Assembly (NCBI GenBank): GCA_964511585.1
Contig: CAZEFN010000033.1
Span: 1-10,824, forward strand
Length of the DNA: 10,824 bases
From: Candidatus Woesearchaeota archaeon
GTDB lineage: Archaea > Nanobdellota > Nanobdellia > Pacearchaeales > GW2011-AR1
Reading direction: 5' to 3'
Notes under the pieces: model-generated
Database searches by the model: none
Told to the model about the DNA's origin: nothing
Seen by the model: the letters and a program-made list of their open reading frames with translations, nothing else
Made by a program: the position numbers and the translations under genes
Shown: piece by piece, positions 1 to 6,911 of the stretch
Position numbering within the stretch: the stretch's first letter is position 1
How the letters are laid out: each line of letters starts with the position of its first letter

Positions 1-63
1 TGAGTAAATTAATTTATCTGAGATTGGTTAAAAAACAAACATAATCCTTCCTCTCTTTAGAAA

Positions 64-73
64 ATTATAAAAA
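64..73 (+). promoter_or_regulatory. TATA-like box upstream of ORF 95-247
   Basis: ATTATAAAAA is centred about 27 nt upstream of ATG 95. The same spacing recurs at other genes here. Specificity is low in an AT-rich genome. Confidence 0.35.
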
Positions 74-94
74 CTAATTAATACCTTATAAATT

Positions 95-247
95 ATGGAA
101 GATAATTCTTTGATTATATCAGACAGAATTTTAACAAGAGAAGATATAATTGCAATTGAAAATTATAAAAAAGAAAAAGAGAATAATTGTCTTATTTCTC
201 ATGAAGAACTCAAAAAAGAATTAGGAAGATTTATAAATTTTAATTAG
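95..247 (+). CDS. small hypothetical protein (50 aa) with an antitoxin-like C-terminal pattern
   Basis: ATG 95 to TAG 245-247, hand-translated as MEDNSLIISDRILTREDIIAIENYKKEKENNCLISHEELKKELGRFINFN. It is below the ORF-track length cutoff. The pattern (E/D)DI.AIE...K......S.EELKKELG resembles the C-terminal half of many small archaeal antitoxin-type proteins. The next co-directional ORF starts 11 nt downstream. Confidence 0.4.
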   Translation: MEDNSLIISDRILTREDIIAIENYKKEKENNCLISHEELKKELGRFINFN

Positions 248-258
248 TTAAAACTAAG

Positions 259-459
259 ATGAGAGAAGACCCTAATTATAACACATTTCTCCACGCGGAT
301 TTGGATAATTATAAAGGAAAATGGATTATAATATTTAATGATTCTATTATTGCTTCAGGAGAAGATATCCAAGAGTTAATTGAAGAAGCGAAAAAAAAAT
401 ATCCAAATAAAAAATTTATGTTAGCTAAAGTTCCAGAAGAAGGAACCATGATTTATTAG
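259..459 (+). CDS. DUF5678-like small protein
   Basis: 66-aa ATG-started ORF. YKGKWIIIFNDSIIASGEDIQELIEEAKKKYP...LAKVPEEG matches my recollection of the DUF5678 family consensus. The stop TAG 457-459 lies 1 nt before the next ATG. Confidence 0.65.
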   Translation: MREDPNYNTFLHADLDNYKGKWIIIFNDSIIASGEDIQELIEEAKKKYPNKKFMLAKVPEEGTMIY

Positions 460-460
460 G

Positions 461-898
461 ATGACTATTTCTTTTAAATATAAAATCAATTCATATAAAA
501 AAGGCACAAAGGTAAAAACTCCAAGTATCCCAATAACTTTTTTTGGAAATAATTCTACACCAATAGAAGTTATCTGTCTTTTAGACTCTGGAGCAGATGT
601 TTCTGTAATCCCAGAAGGGTTGGCAAGGTTTTTGGATATAAATCTTAGTGGTAAAAAAGAAAAATCACACGGAATTGGTGGTGATGTTGAGGTAATTAAT
701 AGCCGTGTTTCTATCGCAGTAAAAAAAGATCATGAAAATTACGAATTTATAATCCCTGTTCAGGTAATATTAGGAAAAGATGAAATTCCTCCTCTTTTAG
801 GGAGAAATGGTTTTTTTGATAAGTTTAAAATAACTTTTGATGAAAATAAAGAAAGAGTTATTCTGAAAAAAATTTCAGAGAGAATTTTTATTTTCTAA
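461..898 (+). CDS. single-domain retropepsin-like (clan AA) aspartic protease
   Basis: 145 aa. The catalytic loop is LLDSGADVSVIP, with D42 at nt 584-586 (D-S-G-A). A GIGG segment and the C-terminal LLGRNGFFDKFKITFD are typical of homodimeric retropepsin-like proteases. Confidence 0.8.
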   Translation: MTISFKYKINSYKKGTKVKTPSIPITFFGNNSTPIEVICLLDSGADVSVIPEGLARFLDINLSGKKEKSHGIGGDVEVINSRVSIAVKKDHENYEFIIPVQVILGKDEIPPLLGRNGFFDKFKITFDENKERVILKKISERIFIF

Positions 899-2274
899 TC
901 ATCTGCATTCCTTTTCCTTTCCTCTGCCATGAAATATGCTTTGTTTGATTCTGTTTCTTTTATCTTTCCTTCTTTTTCATAAATTGCTGTTGTTGGAGGA
1001 AGAGCAAATTTTCCAAGAACTCCTATTTTAGAATAAACAATATAAGACACAATTCTTTTTTCACCAGCCTCGAGTTTTTCAAAATTCCATTCAATTCTTC
1101 GTTTTTTCTCGTCGGCACGTGCAGGAATTTCCCCGCCAAACTTTGGATGCAATTTTACCAATGCAGGCAACCTATCGAGGACACTCACGTTTTCAATATA
1201 TCTTTTTGCACTGATTAAAATAGAAACTTTCAAAACCAAATCTCCTGTTTTTGAATGCATGAAATTAATCTTCTTTTTCAAAACCAAATCATTTGTCAGA
1301 TAAATTTTCAGATAAAATGCAATAAACACAATTAAAATTGCAATCAATATTGGAAAAATATAATTTGTTTTCACTTTCACTTCAAGTGACTCGCCGGGTT
1401 TTAGAGTTTTTTCCCATATATAATATCTTTCAAAACCTTTTTTTTCTGTAATGTCAGGTTCCAGAGAAAATGTTGTAAACAACGACGACAAAAAAGATTT
1501 TTGAACAGAAATTACTGTCTTTGATTCCACATTCCCGTTGTTTATTTTCTTTATTAATTGGGTGTCAATTAACCAGCCGTAATTTTCTTCTTCAATTTTC
1601 AAGTCACTTCTTTCAGCAAATTTTATTACGCCTTCCAAATCAGTTTTTGCTTCCTTATATTTTACCTCTGCATCAAGCGTGTAAAAACCTGCTGCAAGAC
1701 GACTCACATCTTCGCCTTCAAGCACAATTTCAAATTCTTTTTCTTCTTCTGGTTCTAATGAAAACGTTTTTTCTACTTCAAAAAATTTTGATTTAAAGAC
1801 AGCAGTTAAGTTATCCAAATTTTTTCTCTCTTTATTTTGCACATAAAGAATAATTGTATTTTTATCCAAATCAACTTTTTCAGAACCAATCTCAAGAATT
1901 TCATTTAATTCATATATTTCAAATCTTAGTTCTTCTTCAATTCTGGAATTTCCAGCACCCTCGATAAAATACTTAAAAACATATTGCCCTCTCTCTCTGA
2001 TTTTTCCAATAGGAGAAATTTCCAATTTAATTTCTTTTGTCTCTCCAGCATTTATCGGAGTCGTCCCAATAGGAAACATGCTGAACCCCTGAAGATTATA
2101 AAATTTCATATAATCAGTTGAACCAAGATTAGTTATTGTCAATTCAAATGTTAATTTTTCTTGTGAATCTGCAATTAATATGCTTCCTGAATTTCTTTCT
2201 GTAATCTCCAAATCAAGCGCTGTTACAGAACTTATTAATAATGTTAAAGCAAAAATTAAAATTATTTTTTTCAT
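895..2274 (-). CDS. secreted/membrane-anchored protein with CARDB/DUF11-like beta-sandwich signatures
   Basis: 459 aa. There is an N-terminal signal-like segment (MKKIILIFALTLLISSVTA) and one strong hydrophobic helix around residues 306-326 (IFPILIAILIVFIAFYLKIYL). The signature L/I-x-(P/A)-G-E-x-K/R-x-hydrophobic recurs four times: INAGETKEIKL, LEPEEEKEFEI, LKPGESLEVKV and LEAGEKRIVSY. Confidence 0.7.
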   Translation of the reverse strand: MKKIILIFALTLLISSVTALDLEITERNSGSILIADSQEKLTFELTITNLGSTDYMKFYNLQGFSMFPIGTTPINAGETKEIKLEISPIGKIRERGQYVFKYFIEGAGNSRIEEELRFEIYELNEILEIGSEKVDLDKNTIILYVQNKERKNLDNLTAVFKSKFFEVEKTFSLEPEEEKEFEIVLEGEDVSRLAAGFYTLDAEVKYKEAKTDLEGVIKFAERSDLKIEEENYGWLIDTQLIKKINNGNVESKTVISVQKSFLSSLFTTFSLEPDITEKKGFERYYIWEKTLKPGESLEVKVKTNYIFPILIAILIVFIAFYLKIYLTNDLVLKKKINFMHSKTGDLVLKVSILISAKRYIENVSVLDRLPALVKLHPKFGGEIPARADEKKRRIEWNFEKLEAGEKRIVSYIVYSKIGVLGKFALPPTTAIYEKEGKIKETESNKAYFMAEERKRNADD

Positions 2275-2292
2275 ATTTATCCAGAGAAAAAG

Positions 2293-2304
2293 TTTTATTT
2301 AAAG
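2293..2304 (-). promoter_or_regulatory. TATA-like box for the gene starting at 2274
   Basis: The minus strand reads CTTTAAATAAAA, centred about 24 nt upstream of the start codon. Confidence 0.35.
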
Positions 2305-2313
2305 ATTTCTATG

Positions 2314-2847
2314 TTATTCTTTTACAGTCGGCTCCCTGAATTCGTGCTGTCCTTCAATTGTCATAAATGCCTTCGCTTGATTAAGAAACTCATCACACTC
2401 CATGAAAATTTTTCCTTCAAACTGGTCAATTCTCGACGGAATCACCCATCGTTCATAAACACTTCGCAAGAATTTTTCAAACGCACTTCTCTCAAATTTT
2501 CCCTGATAATCACATTCAAGATACCCGTCAACTGTAATTTTAAATCGGCCATTATTTGCTTTGGTTTTTTTGCCATCTTTATTTATTTCAACTTCTTCAA
2601 GATTCCTGACTTCAAATTTTACTTCTATCCAAATTCTAAAATAATCTGTTAGTTTTTTTGGTCCAACCCATTTAACATCAATATCTTTTTGGTTTCCCTT
2701 GAGTGTTTCTTCGTATTTTTCTTCCTGAAGCCAGTTGAGTCCTGTTTCATCCATTAGCCAATCATAACAGAATTTGTAGAGAGCACGCCAGTTTGAAACT
2801 CCAACCCATTTAACTTTACTTCCAAAAATTTTATTTTTTTCTGACAT
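2314..2847 (-). CDS. hypothetical protein, no recognisable family
   Basis: 177-aa ATG-started ORF with coding-like composition. GAGGA lies a few nt upstream of the ATG on the minus strand. I recognise no motif. Confidence 0.6.
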   Translation of the reverse strand: MSEKNKIFGSKVKWVGVSNWRALYKFCYDWLMDETGLNWLQEEKYEETLKGNQKDIDVKWVGPKKLTDYFRIWIEVKFEVRNLEEVEINKDGKKTKANNGRFKITVDGYLECDYQGKFERSAFEKFLRSVYERWVIPSRIDQFEGKIFMECDEFLNQAKAFMTIEGQHEFREPTVKE

Positions 2848-2894
2848 ATTATCCTCTTTATTAAATTAAAAAAACTTTATTTAAATATTCTTCG

Positions 2895-3449
2895 TTATTT
2901 TGAATCCCTGCAATTTTCACAAACAAGCATCCCGTTGAATCTATAAAGTAAGTCGTTGTTTCCGCATTCCTCGCATATTCCTTCGATGATGTTTTGTGCT
3001 TTTTTTACTCGCTTTAATTTTTTGGAAAAGTCCCTGATTTCTTCAATCTCCTCGAGCTCTGGATAAAGGTCTGGATTAAAATTTAGAATGTCTCTTATAG
3101 TTATCATGCCTTCAAGTTTTTTTTCATGAATAACTGGAAGTTTTTTGAATTTAACCTGCTTCATTTTTGTTATTGCTTCTTCAATTGTATTAGAGGGTTT
3201 TATCGTTGCTATTTTTTTTGGAGAAATCTCAATTGCTTTTATTTTTCCTAAATCCTCTTTTGATTTCTTTATGATTGCCCAAAGGATATCACTCCTAGAA
3301 ATTATCCCCGCGAGTTTCTTATCATTTGCAATCAGTAAACTTCCGACTTTTGCCTTGACCATTTTTTTAGCACATTCAAAAAGATTTGTTTCTGGTTTAA
3401 CTGTAATCGGGTCGCGCGTCATTATGTCTGCTACGAGTATTCTTTTCAT
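2895..3449 (-). CDS. CBS-domain pair protein with C-terminal zinc ribbon
   Basis: There are two CBS-like repeats (IMTRDPITVKP...GIISRSDIL and KIATIKPSNTIEEAI...GMITIRDIL) and a C-terminal CEEC-x15-CENC. The ORF-track start at 3458 is a TTG. I prefer ATG 3447-3449 (MKRILVADIM), which is preceded by GAGGA and lies about 26 nt from a TATA-like box. Confidence 0.85.
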   Translation of the reverse strand: MKRILVADIMTRDPITVKPETNLFECAKKMVKAKVGSLLIANDKKLAGIISRSDILWAIIKKSKEDLGKIKAIEISPKKIATIKPSNTIEEAITKMKQVKFKKLPVIHEKKLEGMITIRDILNFNPDLYPELEEIEEIRDFSKKLKRVKKAQNIIEGICEECGNNDLLYRFNGMLVCENCRDSK

Positions 3450-3470
3450 TATCCTCAAGGAAATTAACTC

Positions 3471-3480
3471 TTATAAATAT
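3471..3480 (-). promoter_or_regulatory. TATA-like box in the divergent CBS/thermosome intergenic region
   Basis: TTATAAATAT is centred about 26 nt upstream of the ATG at 3449 on the minus strand. Confidence 0.35.
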
Positions 3481-3515
3481 TGTTTAAAACTCAATAGTGA
3501 ATTCTATCACAACAA

Positions 3516-3527
3516 TTTTTAAAAATA
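3516..3527 (+). promoter_or_regulatory. TATA-like box upstream of the thermosome gene
   Basis: TTTTTAAAAATA is centred about 26 nt upstream of ATG 3547. A GAGGA at 3536-3540 is an alternative SD if transcription starts further upstream. Confidence 0.4.
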
Positions 3528-3546
3528 GAGAGTGTGAGGATTTTAT

Positions 3547-5163
3547 ATGGGTAATAACAAACCATTTGTTCTGATGCCAGAAGATGTTCAGCGACTTTTA
3601 GGAAAAGATGCTCAGAGAAATAATATCCTCGCTGCAAGAATGGTTTCTGAAGTTGTGAAAACCACGCTCGGCCCAAAAGGAATGGACAAGATGCTGGTTT
3701 CTCCGACAGGGGAGATTGTTGTTACTAACGACGGAGTTACGATTTTAGAAGAAATGCAAATAGAACATCCTGCTGCAAAAATGATGGTTGATATTTCAAA
3801 AACACAGGATAATGAAGTTGGCGACGGAACCACTTCTGTTGTTATGATTGCAGGAAAACTTTTGGAAAATGCTGAAAAATTACTTGACCAAAAAATTCAT
3901 CCAACTGTGATTACACAGGGTTATAGAATTGCAGCAAACAAGTGCCAGGAAATTTTAGAGGACATTGCACTAAAAGTTGAAGACGATGAAAATATTCTAA
4001 AACAAATTGCAATTACTGCTATGACAGGAAAAGGTGCAGAAGGAATGAAATCCTATTTTGCAGATATAATTATCAAAGCCATTCAGCATGTTCGTGAAGA
4101 CAAAAAAATTGATTTGAATGATATAAAAATTGAAAAAATAAGGGGCGAAAGTTTGAAAGATACAGAATTAGTTGCAGGAATTGTCTTCGATAAAGAACGC
4201 GTCTCAAATGACATGCCGAAAAAAATTGAAAGCGCAAGAATTGCATTAATTGATTTTGCTCTTGAATTGAAAAATCCTGAAATTGATACAAAAGTTTCGA
4301 TTTCATCGCCAGAGCAATTACAAAGTTTTATTGAACAAGAAGAAAAAACAATCAAAAATATGATTGGAAAAGTTCAGGCATCTGGAGCAAATGTTGTTTT
4401 TTGTCAAAAAGGAATTGATGATTTTGCACAATATTTGCTTTCAAGATCAGGAATTTATGCTTGTCGTCGGGTTGCACTGAGCGACATGGAAAAACTTGCA
4501 AAAGCAACAGGAGGAAGAATTGTCAGTAATTTAAATGAACTTGAATCAAGTCAGATTGGAAATGCAGCAATTGTTGAGGAAGTCAAAACAGGTAAAGAAA
4601 CATTTACTTATATTCGCGGTTGCCAAAACCCAAAGGCAGTAACTATTCTCGTGCACGGCGGGACCGAACATATTATCGACGAGGTTGAACGGGCAATTAG
4701 GGACGGCCTGGGCGTTGTTGCTTCTGTTTTGAAAACAGGATTAGTTGTCCCTGGAGGCGGTGCAATTGAAATTGAATTATCAAGAAGATTAAAACACTTT
4801 GGGCAGTCACTTTCTGGAAGAGAACAATTGGCTATTGAAGAATTTGCAAATGCACTTGAATTTATTCCAATCACTCTTGCAGAAAATGCCGGGCTTGACC
4901 CTATTGATGTTTTAACAGAATTAAAAGCAAAGCACGATTCTGGGGAAAAACATGCGGGTTTGAATTTGTTTGTCAATAAAATTGAAAATGTCCTGAATTC
5001 AGGAATTATTGAGCCATATAAAATTAAGAGTCAGGCAATTCAATCTGCAACAGAAGTTGCCACAATGATTTTGCGTATTGATGATGTAATTGCTTCTGGA
5101 GGAAATAAGAGTGGAATGCCGTCGGGAATGCCTGGTATGAATCCTTATGGAAGTTATGAATGA
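3547..5163 (+). CDS. ths: thermosome subunit (group II chaperonin, Cpn60/TCP-1 family)
   Basis: 538 aa with hallmark motifs [31 protein letters not shown] and a C-terminal Gly/Met-rich tail ([16 protein letters not shown]). Confidence 0.97.
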   Translation: MGNNKPFVLMPEDVQRLLGKDAQRNNILAARMVSEVVKTTLGPKGMDKMLVSPTGEIVVTNDGVTILEEMQIEHPAAKMMVDISKTQDNEVGDGTTSVVMIAGKLLENAEKLLDQKIHPTVITQGYRIAANKCQEILEDIALKVEDDENILKQIAITAMTGKGAEGMKSYFADIIIKAIQHVREDKKIDLNDIKIEKIRGESLKDTELVAGIVFDKERVSNDMPKKIESARIALIDFALELKNPEIDTKVSISSPEQLQSFIEQEEKTIKNMIGKVQASGANVVFCQKGIDDFAQYLLSRSGIYACRRVALSDMEKLAKATGGRIVSNLNELESSQIGNAAIVEEVKTGKETFTYIRGCQNPKAVTILVHGGTEHIIDEVERAIRDGLGVVASVLKTGLVVPGGGAIEIELSRRLKHFGQSLSGREQLAIEEFANALEFIPITLAENAGLDPIDVLTELKAKHDSGEKHAGLNLFVNKIENVLNSGIIEPYKIKSQAIQSATEVATMILRIDDVIASGGNKSGMPSGMPGMNPYGSYE

Positions 5164-5339
5164 ACAATTTAGAGAGAACTGATTTAATTGATGAAGACTT
5201 TTTAGATTCATTAGAATGGTGTGATTTAATTACAGAAGATGGAATTAGTGATGATTTATCAAGATGTGATTATCATCCTAACAAATGTAATGGATGTGAA
5301 ATTAAAGAGTTTTTGGAAGGATTAATTACAAGGAGTTAA
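5160..5339 (+). CDS. small acidic Cys-rich protein (59 aa), candidate zinc-binding
   Basis: ATG 5160-5162 overlaps the thermosome stop TGA 5161-5163 (ATGA). Hand translation: [59 protein letters not shown], stop TAA 5337-5339. It has four Cys spaced C-x14-C-x6-C-x2-C and is below the ORF-track cutoff. Confidence 0.4.
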   Translation: MNNLERTDLIDEDFLDSLEWCDLITEDGISDDLSRCDYHPNKCNGCEIKEFLEGLITRS

Positions 5340-5482
5340 TAAAAAAATATGGTGGAAAAATGAGATACAATTTAAAGAGTTGGAGTTGGGAAAGAAAAAG
5401 TAAAAAAGAATTTTATGCTTTAGCAAATCAAATGTTACTTAATGATTAACTAACAAATTTTATTAACTTCTTATTTTCTTTT

Positions 5483-6331
5483 TCACCAAACAACAACATA
5501 AAAAACACAACCCAAAATTATTATTGCTGAAATAATATTTTTCCAATTTGGTTTTTCCTTAAGAAATTTCCATGCAAAGAAATAAATTATAACAGGAGCC
5601 AATAAAAGAATAAGTGTTGTTGTTATAACACCGACGTGAATGTAGCCATAATAAACTGCTAATCTGTAAACAACCCATAAAAATCCGATGAAAAATATCT
5701 CTCTTTTTATTTTTGATGATGTGCCTTTTAATTTAGGTTTAAAGATAATAAAACTCAGGAATAAAACAGCAAGATTTCTTAAAAAATAAAAAGATATTGG
5801 AGAATAAAATTCCAGAATTAGCCTCGACAAAATCAATTCAACTGCAAAGAAAAAACTCCCTCCAATTGCCGCGAGAATATATTTGTCTAAATGAAGATGG
5901 TGTCTTTTTGTGTTAGATAAAATTAACGCACTCACTGCTATTAATGCAGGGATTATTATATTTAAGTTCCTATCATACAGCAACGAGAAAAAACTAAAAA
6001 TAATCGCAAGAACTACAACAAACAACGGTTCAAGCATTCTCGCAGGTTCAATATTCGTAAGTTCTTTTCCTTTTAGAGAATAAAAAGATAGGAGATTTGC
6101 AATCACTGAGAAAATTATTATTAATATAAAAATTAATATGTTTTTTGAATCAAATGCTCCTGATTTTATATTCCAGAAAAAATAAATTATTGGAAGCATG
6201 ACTATCACGCTCGCAAAAAAAGAATAAACCTGCATTTTTTCTATGCTCAGTTTTCTCACTCTTAGAACCAGTTTTTCCATCAAAGCAATTGTTGCAAGTG
6301 AAAATGCGCCGATAAATGGAATAAAATACAT
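5483..6331 (-). CDS. EamA/DMT-superfamily transporter-like membrane protein
   Basis: 282 aa, almost entirely hydrophobic, with roughly ten helices in two similar halves. Size and organisation are typical of EamA-domain permeases. Confidence 0.65.
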   Translation of the reverse strand: MYFIPFIGAFSLATIALMEKLVLRVRKLSIEKMQVYSFFASVIVMLPIIYFFWNIKSGAFDSKNILIFILIIIFSVIANLLSFYSLKGKELTNIEPARMLEPLFVVVLAIIFSFFSLLYDRNLNIIIPALIAVSALILSNTKRHHLHLDKYILAAIGGSFFFAVELILSRLILEFYSPISFYFLRNLAVLFLSFIIFKPKLKGTSSKIKREIFFIGFLWVVYRLAVYYGYIHVGVITTTLILLLAPVIIYFFAWKFLKEKPNWKNIISAIIILGCVFYVVVW

Positions 6332-6371
6332 TTTAATCTCTTTTAATTAAAAGCCATAAAGGTTTTAAAAA

Positions 6372-6383
6372 GATTTATAAAAG
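6372..6383 (+). promoter_or_regulatory. TATA-like box upstream of ATG 6402
   Basis: GATTTATAAAAG is centred about 24 nt upstream of ATG 6402. Confidence 0.35.
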
Positions 6384-6401
6384 TTGAACCGTTATTTCTT
6401 A

Positions 6402-6736
6402 ATGGTTGAAAAGAGGAATGATATTTTGCAAAATTTGCGTTCAGAATTATATGCCATTAAAGAAGAAGTCCGTAATGATATTTCCGACCTGTTGTTGCAA
6501 GTTTTGGCTTTATTATCGCACTAGTCTGGAGAGACGCGATTAAAGAAGCTCTGGATGAATATCTCGCACGTGCCGGACTTTTAGAAAGTGTTTATATCTA
6601 TCAGCTTATTTCTGCAATTATTGTTACAATTGTTGTGATAATAATAATGGTTTCTGTAACAAAATGGGGAAGAAAAAGAAAAGAAAAGAAAATTGAAAAA
6701 GAATTAAGAAAAATAAAGTATATTGAAGAAAAATAA
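6402..6736 (+). pseudogene. DUF5654-like small membrane protein gene interrupted by a frameshift
   Basis: Frame A runs from ATG 6402 to TAG 6522-6524 (MVEKRNDILQNLRSELYAIKEEVRNDISDLLLQVLALLSH). The -1 frame is open from 6479 to TAA 6734-6736 and has no start codon. It reads YFRPVVASFGFIIALVWRDAIKEALDEYLARAGLLESVYIYQLISAIIVTIVVIIIMVSVTKWGRKRKEKK..., which matches the family core as I remember it (AFG..vAL.W.DAI plus a C-terminal TM helix and a basic tail). Confidence 0.55.
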
Positions 6737-6748
6737 TTCTGCGAAAGG

Positions 6749-6760
6749 TTTTTAATAAAA
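6749..6760 (+). promoter_or_regulatory. TATA-like box upstream of tRNA-Val
   Basis: TTTTTAATAAAA is centred about 25 nt upstream of tRNA position 1 (6779). Confidence 0.4.
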
Positions 6761-6778
6761 AATAAAATAGTATTATTA

Positions 6779-6850
6779 GGTCCCATAGTCCAACGGCTAA
6801 GACGTCTCGTTTACACCGAGCAGATCCAGGTCCGACTCCTGGTGGGACCA
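6779..6850 (+). tRNA. tRNA-Val (anticodon UAC)
   Basis: Hand-folded cloverleaf. Acceptor GGTCCCA/TGGGACC, D-arm GTCC-AACGGCTA-AGAC, anticodon stem TCTCG/CGAGC with loop TTTACAC (TAC at 6812-6814). The variable loop is 4 nt and the T-arm is CCAGG-TCCGACT-CCTGG. The discriminator is A and no CCA is encoded. Imperfections: 13-22 and 27-43 mismatches and C at position 55. Confidence 0.75.
6810..6850 (+). repeat. direct repeat copy 1 (tRNA-Val positions 32 to discriminator)
   Basis: 41 nt, matching 7828-7868 at 39 of 41 positions. The differences are at 6839/7857 (C/T) and 6847/7865 (A/C). Confidence 0.9.
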
Positions 6851-6880
6851 CTACTTAAAAAAAGAAACAACTAAACCAAA

Positions 6881-6891
6881 GTTTAATAAAA
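6881..6891 (+). promoter_or_regulatory. TATA-like box upstream of the patatin gene
   Basis: GTTTAATAAAA is centred about 26 nt upstream of ATG 6912. Confidence 0.35.
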
Positions 6892-6911
6892 CCCCTAACT
6901 CTTTTTATCTA

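Noticed and set aside
3450-3458. The ORF-track start at 3458 for the CBS gene.
   Set aside because: That codon is TTG. The ATG three codons downstream is preceded by GAGGA and sits at the usual ~26-nt distance from a TATA-like box.
1521-5211. ORF-track entries antisense to or overlapping real genes: 1521-1796, 2311-2652, 3145-3522, 3491-3676, 3612-3833, 4073-4306, 4083-4355, 4608-4976 and 4999-5211.
   Set aside because: They are shadow ORFs lying inside or opposite strongly supported genes. They have low-complexity Leu/Phe/Ser/Ile-rich translations typical of antisense reading of AT-rich coding sequence.
5360-5449. A 29-codon ORF (MRYNLKSWSWERKSKKEFYALANQMLLND) in the thermosome/transporter intergenic region.
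   Set aside because: It is too short, has no coupling or promoter signal, and ORFs of this length are expected by chance.
6471-6490. Programmed -1 ribosomal frameshifting in the DUF5654-like gene.
   Set aside because: There is no X-XXY-YYZ slippery heptamer at the frame junction and no obvious downstream stimulatory structure. An indel or pseudogene is the simpler explanation.
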